DNA of 63,522 nucleotides, filler included, from Octopus bimaculoides (Eukaryota), in the NCBI RefSeq assembly GCF_001194135.2. It is 12 parts of 12 records of this genome, joined end to end, with 100 filler letters (N's around TTAATTAATTAA, not from the genome) between each part and the next. Parts side by side here need not be neighbours in the genome. Positions count along the whole stretch, not along the records: positions 25,230 to 49,530 come from NC_068983.1; positions 49,631 to 55,345 come from NC_068991.1; 10 more parts are not named here. One strand, 5' to 3'. Every line of letters begins with the position of its first letter. Within the stretch, counting starts at the first letter, position 1. The notes beneath the pieces were generated by a model. It saw only the letters and a list, made by a program, of their open reading frames with translations, searched no databases and had not been told where the DNA came from. Below, piece by piece: positions 38,722 to 50,504 of the stretch. The position numbers were made by a program, and so were the translations under genes.

Positions 38722-39104
38722 TTGTTGGCACTCCGTCGCTTATGACGTCGAGGGTTCCAGTTGATCCAATCAACGGAACAGCCTGCTCGTGAAATTAACG
38801 TGCAAGTGGCTGAGCACTCCACAGACATGTGTACCCTTAACGTAGTTCTCGGGGATATTCAGCGTGACACAGTGTGACAAGGCTGACCCTTTGAATTACA
38901 GGCACAACAGAAAGAGGGAGTAAGAATGAGAGAAAGTTGTGGTGGAAGAGTACAGCAGGGTTCGCCAGCATCCCGTGCCGAAGCCTTGTGGAGCTTTAGG
39001 TGTTTTTGCTCAATAAACACTCACAACGCCCGGTCTGGGAATCGAAACCGCAATCCTATGACCGCAAGTCCGCTACCCTAACCACTGGGCCATTGCGCCT
39101 CCAC
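38722..39104 (+). mobile_element. Well-preserved SINE-like element (GGCACTCCGTCGCTTATGACGTCGAGGGTTCCAG family)
   Basis: Second copy at about 37338-37655; flanked by GATGAGGTAA direct repeats. Confidence 0.8.
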
Positions 39105-39651
39105 GATGAGGTAAATATTAACTTTTAAAATGATATTGTATAGTTAGCACGCTGGCTGAAATGCTTAGCGGTATTTCACCCATCGCTATGTTCTGAGTTC
39201 AAATTCGGCCGAGGTTGACTTTGCCTTTTATCCTTTTGAGGGTTAATAAATTAAGCACCAGTTGTGTACTCAGGTCGATGTAGTCGATTTCGAGCCTTGT
39301 GCCTAGAGTAGAAAAGGATATTGTAGGGTTTATGTGAGAAGCCAGATCTGGCCAGTTTGAACATAAAACAGGTAGAATAGTTTGACTGGATATGGCTAGT
39401 TCAAATGCTAAAGGGTTAAATTGACCAGATCCAGCCTCTCATACCTTTCCTATAATGCCATTATAAAAATAAATGATTGTTTAATCATAATCTCAGAGTT
39501 AAAAGATAATGCAGGATTAATAGAAAGCAATGTAAATAAATAAGTATTGCATTTAATAGAATAATCTGAATGCTAAAGGGTTAAAATATCTCAAAATTTT
39601 TCAGTGTTTTACTTTTAGTAGATAATTATTAGCCTATCTTTTATCTTTTTT

Positions 39652-40070
39652 GACTTGTTTCAGTCATTAGACTGTGGCCATGCTGGGGCACTGCTTTGAA
39701 GAATTTCTTGTTGAATGAATCTACCCCAGTACTTACTTTTTTTGTTAAGCATCTTACTTATTCTATCGGTATCTTTTATTAAACCACTAAGTGACAAGGA
39801 CACACCAACACCGGTTATCAAGTGGTAGTAGGGCGGGGAAACAAACATAGATACAAAGACACACACACACACATACATACATGTATATACATACACACAG
39901 AGATACATATATGATGGGCTTCTTTCATTTTCCATCTACCAAATCTACTCATAAGGCTTTGGTCTGCTCAAGGTTATAATATAAGACAATTGCCCAAGGA
40001 TCCATGCAGTGGGACTGAACCTGGAACCATGTGGTTGAGAAGTAAGCCTCTTACCACACAACCATGCCTG
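39652..40070 (-). mobile_element. tRNA-headed SINE, full length, diverged
   Basis: Reverse complement of the 46200 family. Confidence 0.75.
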
Positions 40071-40372
40071 AAAATAAAAGATTGAAGGTATGAAGATAGG
40101 GGAATTTGGGACGGTCTCATTATCACAATATTACTTATTCTTTTCTACTCAAGGCACAAGGCCTGAAATTTTTGGGGAGGGAGCTAGTCAATTAGATCAA
40201 CCCCAGTATGCAACTGGTTCTTAATTTATCGACACCGAAAGGATGAAAGGTACAGTCGACCTCAGCAGAATTTGAACTCTGAATGTAAAGACTGATGAAA
40301 TGCTGCTAAGCATTTCACCCGGCGTGCTAACGTTTCTGCCAGCTCACCAGCTTTACAGTATTACTTATTCAC

Positions 40373-40594
40373 CCATTAGCTTTCAGATTACTCTGTCAAA
40401 TGTAATGCTTATTAGTTCACATTGTTTTGAATTAATTTTGCATTATCTTGTTGCTTTTAGATTTCAATGATGTGATTCCATATTTTTAGTATGACATTGC
40501 AGGGTTGGTGTGAGAGGTCAGATCTGGCCAGTTTGAACGTAAAATAGATAGAACATTTGGGCCAGCTATGGCCAGTTTAAATGCTAATAGGTTA
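40373..40594. mobile_element. piggyBac-like MITE (ends CCC(T/A)TTAGC...GCTAA(A/T)GGG|TTAA); related pieces at 38535-38620, 39320-39585 and 56410-56610
   Basis: Recurrent TTAACCCTTTAGCATT / AATGCTAAAGGGTTAA termini. Confidence 0.55.
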
Positions 40595-40818
40595 AAGTAC
40601 TCAAAAGTACTCAAAATATTGTTATTACCTGAATGATAATTGGAAAAATTAATTAATGTGACTATATGCATGATGTTGTTAAACATTACATCACATGAGA
40701 ATCATTTGTTCAAGGACATTTCAGCACTGGCAAGTGTACCAATAAAAGAATGCTATGTCTGTTTTACAAATTCTTGAATAGTTCAAAAATATATCAAAAC
40801 ACATTCTTACATTTCTTT

Positions 40819-40888
<70 letters not shown>

Positions 40889-40946
40889 NNNNNNNNNNCA
40901 CACAACACTCACACACATACACATATACACTCATACACATACACAC

Positions 40947-41022
<76 letters not shown>

Positions 41023-41183
41023 ACATGTATGGATGTGAAGATTGCTTGGAGACATAAGGTACGTTATAAAAATTTGCCTAACCACATATCTGAATGGCTA
41101 GAAATTATTTTATTGTAATACAGTGTATACATACATACATATATACAAACATACATACATGCATATATACATACATACATACA

Positions 41184-41215
<32 letters not shown>

Positions 41216-41319
41216 AAACACTATTTCATAATATTTATCTCTCACCAGATGGAGTACTCTTTTTGTTGAATTTTCTGTCATAGAACGGCACATCATATAT
41301 ATATATATATATATTCGCC

Positions 41320-41505
41320 ATGATAGATCACTAACCACTACACACATTTTTTTTCTCTCCTTGATTTTTTCTGTGTTCCTTTCTCTGGAAGAGCATAGGC
41401 TCGAAACGTTAAAGACTTTTTCAATTCCCGAGTGTTATACTAATACATCTATTTGTTTTCTACACCACCTGTCTTTGTCTGTTGTTTTTTTGTGAATTCT
41501 CCCTA
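41320..41505 (+). mobile_element. Penelope pLTR-like repeat with a degenerate hammerhead-like motif (41385-41416)
   Basis: CTGGAAGAGCATAGGCTCGAAACGTTAAAGAC: stem GAGC/GCTC, GAAAC, palindromic AACGTT. Confidence 0.4.
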
Positions 41506-41716
41506 TATATATATANNNNNNNNNNNNNNNNNNNNNNNNNNNNNNNNNNNNNNNNNNNNNNNNNNNNNNNNNNNNNNNNNNNNNNNNNNNNNNNNNNNNN
41601 NNNNNNNNNNNNNNNNNNNNNNNNNNNNNNNNNNNNNNNNNNNNNNNATATATACATATAGCTATATTAAAATCTCTGAGTGAGATATAAACAGTAGCAA
41701 TACAGAATCATAACAT

Positions 41717-41882
41717 ATAATTGCCAACCAAGTGTGGCATCCTATATGGAACAGTGCAACCGATGTTTATAGCTCCAGGAAGGCATCTCTTCCGGCTGGC
41801 TAACAACACACATTCTGTATCCGATTAGTATTAGTAATCGGACACTGTCCTCTATATGACGCCACACTTGGTTGGCAATTAT
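41717..41882. mobile_element. MITE-like inverted-repeat element
   Basis: ATAATTGCCAACCAAGTGTGGC ... GCCACACTTGGTTGGCAATTAT; internal hairpin CCGATTAGTATTAGTAATCGG. Confidence 0.75.
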
Positions 41883-43202
41883 GTGTGTGTGTGTGTGTGT
41901 GTGTAGTATGTGTGTATGTATGTATGCATATATATATATATATCTTAATGTGAGTTTAGAGGGATATATTATCTGAGTGAGTACCATGGTAGCTCTCAGT
42001 TAAGTTCCAGGTTATGGCTAACTCCGTCAATAAGTATTTAACGTCAATGACTACTAGGAGTCATATGCAACTGCCGATACTCTGTGCAGTAGAAACACGT
42101 GTAGGTCATTGTAAACATAAAAATATGCTGTATGATATTGTAAAATAAAAGGAAATAACTTTTGAGAATGTACCAGTCTCCATATTCTTTATCGTTATAA
42201 TGTTTGTGTGTGTGTACATGTGTGTGTGTGTGTGTGTGTGTGTGCATACATATAGAACACCGTTTTATATACTCTAATATTATATAATGTTTCTGTTAAT
42301 AATATATTCATGGAAAGTGTAATGAACCATCAGATGTGACTATTGTCATGTAACAATTAAGATTTATATTTTTAAGAGTTCTTATTTGAATAGAATACAG
42401 TAATCAGATAGCTAATTACATGGTTTTGCTTCCATTTCTTTTACACTGCATTTCAGAGACCACATTCTCCAGCCACCTTTAGTTATTTTGCTTTGCATCA
42501 ATGATCCATTATTTCACAAGAGGAAAAGAATGGCGCTAAATTAACTGTAGTTAGGTGGATTTCACTACCAGCTTAAAATCCTCTTCAATCATCATGATCT
42601 TTATCATTCATAATTTTTACATCAATTTTTCAATGCTGACACCAATAGGAAAAATTAATATATTGGCAAATTCCAATTTGCATTAGTCCTTCATCATCTT
42701 AAGCACAATATCCTAAGACCAGGCCATGTCACTTCTGCCCAAACATTTCTCAGTCTGCCTCACTGTGGTAAGCAACTTCTGCTGTCTGCCCAAGGTGCAT
42801 TTCCTTCAGCACTTATGATCTGTTTTCATCACAGGTCTATATCACTACAGTTATCTTTCCCAGTCAGTCACTCATTTAGATTACTTGTCAATCCAGCCCT
42901 CATCTTTCTTTCAGGAGCACTGGCATGGCTGTATATTTAAAAAGTTGGCTTCCCGACTATATGGTTTTGAGTTCAGTTCCACTATATGGTACCTTGTGCA
43001 AGTGTTTTCTGCTATACCATTGGTTAATCTAAATTTTGTGAGTGAATTTGGTAAATGGAAACTGAAAGAGGCCCCAAGCCATGTGGTTGGGAAACAAACT
43101 TCTTAACCACAAAGCCATGTCTGCACTTATATATATAGTTTTCAACTAGCAATAACCACACATCAGATAACCCCCATTCACTATGGTACCGCCTCTGCAG
43201 TA

Positions 43203-43237
<35 letters not shown>

Positions 43238-43299
43238 AGCACATATATATGCACATATATACATGCAGTATCCATCTGCATGTGAAGTAGATGGATACC

Positions 43300-43780
43300 G
43301 ACAGCTCCATAAAGAAGTGCTGATTTCTCAAAGCGAATGGAACATGTCAAAGTGGGAAACCCAGGAAGACATGAGATGAAGTACTGAAGAACAACCTCAG
43401 GAAGCTGAACCATTCAGGCAAGATGACAAAGAACCAAGACACTTGGTGCCTGACTATACTCAAGAAGACACATACCCTGCTGCAGGAATGTTAAGACTGA
43501 TTCTGCTGGTGGTGTAAAGCACTTGTGGTGGTATCATGTAAAAGTGCTCATGTGACACCACGTAAAAGTGCTCACATGGCACCACATAAAAGTGCCCATG
43601 CAGTGTCATGTAAAAGCACCCAGCACACTCTGTAGAATGGTTGGTGTTAGGAAGGGCATCCAGCCATAGAAAACATGCCAAATCAGACTGGAGTCTAGTG
43701 CATCCCCCTGCTTGCCAGCTCTGGTCACACTGTCCAACCCATGCTGGCATGGACAACAGACATTAAAATGATAATGATGT
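43300..43780 (+). mobile_element. RTE LINE extreme 3' end and 3' UTR
   Basis: G.PRKT*DEVLK..LR-like translation; UTR GGAAGGGCATCCAGCC...AACCCATGCTGGCATGGA ending in (GAT)n-like tail. Confidence 0.7.
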
Positions 43781-43816
43781 TGTATGTATATGTATATGTG
43801 TGTGTGAGTGTGTGTG

Positions 43817-43877
<61 letters not shown>

Positions 43878-44127
43878 TGTCTGTGTGTGAGTGTCTGTGT
43901 GTGAGTGTGTCTAAATTTATACTTCTTATTTAAATTTATACTTTTTTTTTAGAAATCACTCTGTCAGGCATCTATGTTTTACCTTCAAAGTTGTAGTGAA
44001 TAAGATATTCCTTACTCGAAAAGCAGGTAAGGGTTAGTGACAGGAAGAACATCCAGCTATAAAACAATTTCCAAATAATGTATTTGTCTTATCCATGTAG
44101 CATAGGAAAACAGATATTTAAACATAC

Positions 44128-44261
44128 GAACATAACTGTCTTGTTTATTCCCAGCTGCTGAAGGAGTTTTGTATTGAATGACCATGTCTCATAAGCCCGT
44201 AGTATTACATCTTTTGCAAATGCTTCATGCATTCTACGATTGTTGAGAGGAAAAACGTTTG
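44128..44261 (-). CDS. Exon of unidentified membrane-protein gene: (A)NVFPLNNRRMHEAFAKDVILRAYETWSFNTKLLQQLGINKTVMF, phase 1-0
   Basis: Acceptor tcttttacctctgttggcag| and donor TTC|gtatgt; protein-like composition; in frame with 45572. Confidence 0.7.
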
Positions 44262-44789
44262 CTGCCAACAGAGGTAAAAGATATCACTTAAATAAAAACT
44301 AACTACATGTAGTATTAAGGTACTCAACAATGAAGGTGTAAGACAACTGACCAAAAAGTCAGGAATACAATTGCTGTGGTGCATATATTCTCCACCTACT
44401 GGGACACTAGTCTTTCACAGGATTACTCATTTTTGCCAGCTGAGTGGACTGGAGCAACTTGAAATGAAGTGTTTTGCTCAAGAACACAATGTGTGAACCA
44501 GTCCAGGAATTCAAACCACAATCTTACAATCATGAATCCAACACTCTAACCACTAAACCATGTACCTCAACACGGATATATTAATGCTGTGCTTTTCCTT
44601 AGATCAAGTTTCCTTGATCTGCACAGATGTTCCTCCAATAGTTCCTGTCCTTCATCGCCAACTTCATCTTGGGAACTGATAAGCCACTGTTGATAACAAG
44701 TTTCTCAACATATGTTGTAGCCAATCATCTCCTGCCTCTGTGGCCATGTGTTGGTTCCCAGAGTAACTATCTCTGATGCATTCATTCCT

Positions 44790-45060
44790 AGGCTGGTAGC
44801 ACTGTCCAGCCAAATGAAGTCTCCTAGCTCTAACCCATAGCAGTGCCCAACAAAATGGAGTCTCGTGGTTCTGGCCAGCTCTGATATGAGAGGAAGGTCC
44901 ATATAGAGATCTTTTTTTAGTAATTTGTTGTTGCCATTAGATGTTCAGTGCATGTCAAAGTAAGCAGATGTAGCATCCATTTAGTCGTTCCTGCAATGTT
45001 TTTGCCAGAGTCCAAGTTTCAGACCTGTAAAGTAGCTCACTCTACAGAATTAAGTTTTCA
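44790..45060 (-). mobile_element. LINE (RTE-group) C-terminal fragment
   Basis: ...ISELARTTRLHFVGHCY (RL.F.GH motif). Confidence 0.55.
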
Positions 45061-45253
45061 GTTTGAAAAAGAGGATCTAAGTTGGGGGGGAAAATAAACT
45101 TCCTGTTAATAATTTATATACTTACATCATTTTCAACCATAATAAAAAATAACAATATTTTAACATTTTCACCTGCAAAAGCTTGGGGTTTGCTTTGTGA
45201 GTCCCATAATCTTCCCTGTTTTGCTTTAACTCTACATCCTTACATCACACACG

Positions 45254-45348
<95 letters not shown>

Positions 45349-45571
45349 CAAAGAGTTTTAAAGCTGATCTTTTTTTAGGAATGATGAAGGTCCATGCATG
45401 AACAGAATGCTAGTCTTTTGCAGGTAACTTTCCCAAAAAGTCTGTTAAGTTTTTTTTATTGACCATTAAATAAAGGGAAGCATGTAAAATGAAGCATTCT
45501 GCTGAGAAAGAGACATGAACTTACAAGTTATGTGTGAAAAGTAAAACATTTTACTGACTCAACCAGTTTAC

Positions 45572-45821
45572 CCTCAACCATTAAAATAATTACAAAAATA
45601 ATAAAACAAACCCAGTTTGAACTGACAATGCTTTGTAATAAACCAAAAAAGTAAGAAGCGATCAGTGTTATTATACAGCTAAAAATATATTGAATGATGA
45701 AGCGATGGAGTATATATCCCATTTGCAAGATGTTGCATGTAAAGTTAAATGAAGGGTTACATAAAGATGTCAGGCACATTTTCAAAATCATTATCACACT
45801 CAAATTAATCAAAGATGAAAA
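45572..45821 (-). CDS. Exon of unidentified multi-pass membrane-protein gene (83 codons, about three hydrophobic segments), phase 0-1
   Basis: Very strong acceptor ctttcttttcctcag|; FSSLINLSVIMILKMCLTSLC...FIIQYIFSCIITLIASYFFGLLQSIVSSNWVCFIIFVIILMVE; donor G|gtaaac. Confidence 0.7.
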
Positions 45822-46199
45822 CTGAGGAAAAGAAAGTAATTTGATATGCTTGCACTTATCAAAGGAAACTTTAAATACAGATATCTTTAGTTATAGGAAT
45901 TAGAAATTTAATGAACTTCAAGTTGAACATATTTTGACTTCAGAGAAAGTGTATTTTACTTCAAATCTAACTACATGCAAGACTAGCCATGTAAACAGTG
46001 GCATAACTAACAGGAGAGAAAGAGGAGCAACCGCTCCCCCACCTAGCACATTTTTCTAAATTGGTGCCTTTTCAACAATTTTTTTAATGACCTTGTTACT
46101 GAAACATGAAATTAATGAATGTAAAATACAATTATGTATATCATAACTAATGAAATATCTCATGTAATATAAGAAAAATAAGTTAAAAATTATTTGGTA

Positions 46200-46640
46200 G
46201 GTGCAGGAGTGGCTGTGTGGTAAGTAGCTTGCTTACCAACCACATGGTTCCGGGTTCATTCTCCCTGTGTGGCATCTTGGGCAAGTGTCTTCTACTATAG
46301 CCTCGGGCCGACCAAAGCCTTGTGAGTGAATTTGGTAGACAGATACTGAAGGAAGCCCGTCGTATATATGTATATATATGGTGTGTGTACGTTTGTGTGT
46401 CTGTGTTTGTCCCCCTAGCATTGCTTGACAACTGATGTTGATGTGTTTATGTCCCCGTTACTTAGCGGTTCGGCAAAAGAGACCAATAGAATAAGTACAA
46501 GGCTTACAAAGAATAAGTCCTGGGGTCGATTTGCTCAACTAAAGGTGGTGCTCCAGCATGGCCGCAGTCAAATGANNNNNNNNNNTAAAGGTGGTGCTCC
46601 AGCATGGCCGCAGTCAAATGACTGAAACAAATAAACAAAT
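46200..46640 (+). mobile_element. Full-length tRNA-headed SINE
   Basis: A-box-like TGGCTGTGTGG, B-box-like GGTTCATTC, (TA/TG)n middle, tail CCAGCATGGCCGCAGTCAAATGACTGAAAC. Confidence 0.9.
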
Positions 46641-47844
46641 AAGAGTAAAGAGTAGGTGTTGTAGCGGCTTTTTTTTTTATATGCTTGCTCCCGCTAACTT
46701 TAGAACATGGCTATGCCTTTGCTTCTAAGGTACAAATATTTCAACATAGAATTTATCTTATTCTGTCTATGAAGCTATGATAAACTCATCATGCTATCAA
46801 TTCACTTAATTTTACATCAGTCTTTTTTAAAAATTTTATCTTTCCTTTTTCTTTTAGTATTTTGATCCCTTCCACTACTGCCTTTCCTCCATGAAAGCTG
46901 GAATGATTTCAAAAGTACTCAAAACCATGGCAGTTTACTGAAAATATACTTAGTGGAGGTGGGGGTACTTATTAAAGTCAACTTAATGCAACATTATTTA
47001 GAATGTAACTTTAGCACTTATTAATGAGCTTATGCAAAATAAATGTTTAAAATCAAAGTCACTACCATTTTAACTAGTTTACAAATACATTTGAGAGAAA
47101 TGTTAGATATTGGATTACAAATGTTCTAAAACAATAGTCAGTTATTAGACCATAGTTCAATAAAGATTTTATTCAAAGCAATTCTTGGTTACTCGGTCAG
47201 CAAGGTGTAAATGAAGAGACAAAAGCCCTGTCAGTTAGTGTCTGAGTCAGGGCTTTAAGTTCATAGCTTTACTGTTGTGTAATCTCTGCCTTGAAATATT
47301 AATAATCTATTTATCACATGAGTGAAAGCTGCTCTTTAAAGAAAAACAAAAAACAAAACAAAAATGACAGTAAATTTTCTTAGTTGCACATTGTACTTTA
47401 TATGATTCAAATCAAGTTACTGTATTAATTAGTTTTTCTAGAAGATTTGGCAGTTCAGCTCACTGAGTTTGAATATATAACAATTTCACTACATATCATC
47501 ATCATCATCATCATCGTTTAACGTCCGCTTTCCATGCTGGCATGGGTTGGACGATTTGACTGAGGACTGTCAAACCAGATGGCTGCACCAGGCTCCAATC
47601 TGATCTGGCAGAGTTTCTACAGCTGGATGCCCTTCCTAATGCCAACCACTCCGAGAGTGTAGTGGATGCTTTTACTGTGTTTGGCAACTTATCAATGGTT
47701 CAACCTTCTGGAATGAACTATAGTGAATTATCTCTGCTTAATTCCTTATAATTCCACTGGATGCAGGGTATCACATGTTTGAAATATCCATGTTTGGTGA
47801 CAGATTCCCAGAGCTGGCTCTTACCTAATCAATGCTTATGCATG

Positions 47845-48030
47845 TCTCCCTTAGATTATTACTTGTTCTATTCCATTACTCATTTCATGCTTCATAAACC
47901 AAGTGGAAGTGGAAGCTTCTGTGAAGGAGTTCTTTGCCTCGAAGGACAAGAACTGATATATGCATGGGATCAAAGAACTGGCAGTAAAAGAGCTTCAGAA
48001 GGTGCATCACAATGGCCTCTACTTTGAATG
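47845..48030 (+). mobile_element. Mariner transposase C-terminal fragment
   Basis: SPLDYYLF.S..HF and EVEASVKEFFASKDK...GIKELA across frameshifts. Confidence 0.7.
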
Positions 48031-48138
48031 CTAGGCTGCTTTTGTCATGATTTGATGAATAAAGCAAAATATTGCAACACTTTTGACTCAACACAATGTG
48101 TATATCAGAACCAGGTTGTAGGGAAACAAGCTGCATGT

Positions 48139-48178
<40 letters not shown>

Positions 48179-48184
48179 CAGGTG

Positions 48185-48254
48185 CAGGCATAGTTATCCA
48201 CAGGCATAGCTACACACAGGCATAGCTACACACAGGCATAGCTACACACAGGCA
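48185..48254 (+). repeat. 16-bp tandem repeat CAGGCATAGCTACACA x4 at the head of a SINE (48255-48410)
   Basis: Directly visible. Confidence 0.85.
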
Positions 48255-48410
48255 CCGTTGTGTGATAAGAAGCTTGCTTCCCTACCACCTGGTTCTGGGT
48301 TCAGTCTGACTGCATGGAACCTTGGGGAAGTGTCTTCTATATAGCCTCAGGCTGACCAAAGCTTTGTGAGTGGATTTGGTGGACGAAAACTGAAAGAAGT
48401 CTCTTGTGTG

Positions 48411-48510
<100 letters not shown>

Positions 48511-48529
48511 GAAAGCAATGAGCAAGACA

Positions 48530-49115
48530 ACAAGTAAAAAAATAACACAAGAGGGACAAATTTTAACAAATGTTGTATATGCTTAATGCTTGAAAATGGG
48601 GAAGTGTCCCTCATCAGAAGAAATTTTTGAAGAAAAGTAAAGGAGGGATGTGAAACAGGAAAAGTGGTTTTTCAGAAGTAAAAATAAAAAACATACAGGT
48701 GAGGGGTTAGAAGCCAGATGGGAATGTGCTTCTGGGGATGGTAGTTAAAAAAGGAAGAAAGGGTAAGCCTATGTGTGCACATTTAGCAGTGCATCTGTGA
48801 TTTGAGATGGGCGTAAGGTTGGGAATGCCGTATGCGTAGATTTGTGGTGTGCATGTATGCATGTAGAGGTATACAAGTACAGAAGTAAAGTAGCATGAGT
48901 TAACGGGAGTGTAGAGGTTGTGGGGGTCGGTGTGTGTATGTGTGTAATTCATTAAGTGTGTATTTGAGGAAAAACATAGAATAGGAGTGTGAGGTAAAAG
49001 GGAGGGTGAGAGGAATGAGGGTGGGGGTGATGAAAGTATATGAAGGGGTATGGGTGTGAGATGGTGTCATGTGGAAGAGAGTTAGGAACATGAGAGGAGC
49101 AAGTGGCTACACCAA
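48530..49115 (-). mobile_element. Possible Penelope pLTR/3' region
   Basis: Pyrimidine/CA-rich on the minus strand with CTGATGAGGG...CCC near 48595-48617; family assignment is inference. Confidence 0.35.
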
Positions 49116-49207
49116 AAATATTATTTACATATACATGTATGTGTGTGCATATATGTATATATTTTGTGTGTACAAGATATATACATGTATGTATATACAA
49201 TAAATAG

Positions 49208-49239
<32 letters not shown>

Positions 49240-49244
<5 letters not shown>

Positions 49245-49530
49245 GTAGTCGATAGCTTCCGCTATCTGGGCGACCAAGTTAGTAGTGGGGGTGGGTGCGC
49301 TGAAAGTGTAGCTGCTAGAATAAGAATAGCCTGGGCAAAGTTTAGAGAGCTCTTACCCCTGCTGGCGACAAAGGGACTCTCACTCAGAGTAAAAGGCAGA
49401 CTGTATGACGCATGCGTACGAACAACCATGCTACATGGCAGTGAAACATGGGCTGTAACTGCTGAGGACATACGTAAGCTCGCAAGGAATGAAGCCAGTA
49501 TGCTCCGTTGGATGTGTAATGTCAATGTGA
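49240..49530 (+). mobile_element. Young RTE LINE fragment, same family as 34585-35570
   Basis: EVVDSFRYLGDQVSSGGGCAESVAARIRIAWAKFRELLPLL...LHGSETW; no stops. Confidence 0.95.
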
Positions 49531-49620
49531 NNNNNNNNNNNNNNNNNNNNNNNNNNNNNNNNNNNNNNNNNNNNTTAATTAATTAANNNNNNNNNNNNNN
49601 NNNNNNNNNNNNNNNNNNNN

Positions 49621-50504
49621 NNNNNNNNNNCAACAGGAAAAAGGAGGAAGGAATAACACGGAGACCATACGTTGCGTAGTGAAACTAACTTTTTCTTTTT
49701 ACATGATCAAAACAATACATCATCAATACAAAACAGCATAACAGTAATTCTGAAATTAACATGTGACATCTAACAATAGCGTTTCCAATCAGAGTTCATA
49801 TATCAAGTCAATTAAAAGTTCTTTCACTTCGTTGTTTTTCTTTTCTTTTCTGCCATTTAACAAGAGTTAGCACAGTTCTTTCTTTTCTTTTAAAACATGT
49901 AACGACAAGCACATTTTTCTTTGAAGAATATTTACACAAACCTTTACCGCAAGAATTTCCTTTCCTTCAAAACTCCCACTACAATCCACAAGAAGTGACC
50001 AACATAGTAGTCTACTACAATCTTTTGGCTGCCACAATAGTCCCATCTCTCTGCCCCTCTCTCTCGTTGCTTCAGTCCCTATCTGCTGACTGGTACTTTC
50101 TCACCATAGGCTCTCTCTCTCTCAGCCTCTTTCTGTCAGCCTCTCTGTTCATCTTGCTGACCGCTGCTGTCACATACTCGTTCTTCACTGGCCCGCGTTC
50201 TTCATCCAACTCCGTCAACCAACTGCTCAATGCCAACTATCGCTCCCGTATTTATGAGAGATACCGTACCCAGCAGTCCTACGTTACCCCCTCCACAGTT
50301 GGGTCAGTTTAGTACAGTTCCTTAACTTGTTTTTCTGAACTTTCGGTGACCGGAAAGGGTCACCGATCACTCCTACGCTAAAAATAACTGTACTTGTTCA
50401 CAGGACAAAGGAAATACCATTATCCTCAACAACCAGAATACGGTTTCAAACCCAGCTCGGGAAATAGGGATATAACATTAATTTGTTTTTCGGTGGTCGC
50501 ATCA
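49621..50504 (-). mobile_element. Probable 3' LTR of the Gypsy element (far end lost in a gap)
   Basis: Minus strand: polypurine tract AGGGAAGGGGTAG (50517-50505) followed by TG; boundaries uncertain. Confidence 0.55.

Noticed and set aside
42457-42540. Strong plus-strand acceptor tttcttttacactgcatttcag
   Set aside because: Stops in all frames and no good donor.
44155-44273. Apparent plus-strand exon (cccag| ... AGAG|gtaaaa)
   Set aside because: Stops in all three plus frames; better explained as the antisense of the minus-strand exon 44128-44261.
47223-47257. Short hairpin AAAGCCCTG...CAGGGCTTT as a possible pre-miRNA
   Set aside because: Only about 9-13 contiguous pairs; too short or irregular to call without small-RNA data.
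47449-47495. EDLAVQLTEFEY resembling a RasGEF helix
   Set aside because: Runs into (CAT)n with no donor; probably chance.
49655-50295. Second PPT-like tract (GGAGGGGGTAA) at about 50284-50294 and PBS-like TGGTCTCCGTG at about 49650, suggesting a tandem LTR
   Set aside because: Both could be internal LTR sequence; the adjacent gap prevents boundary definition.
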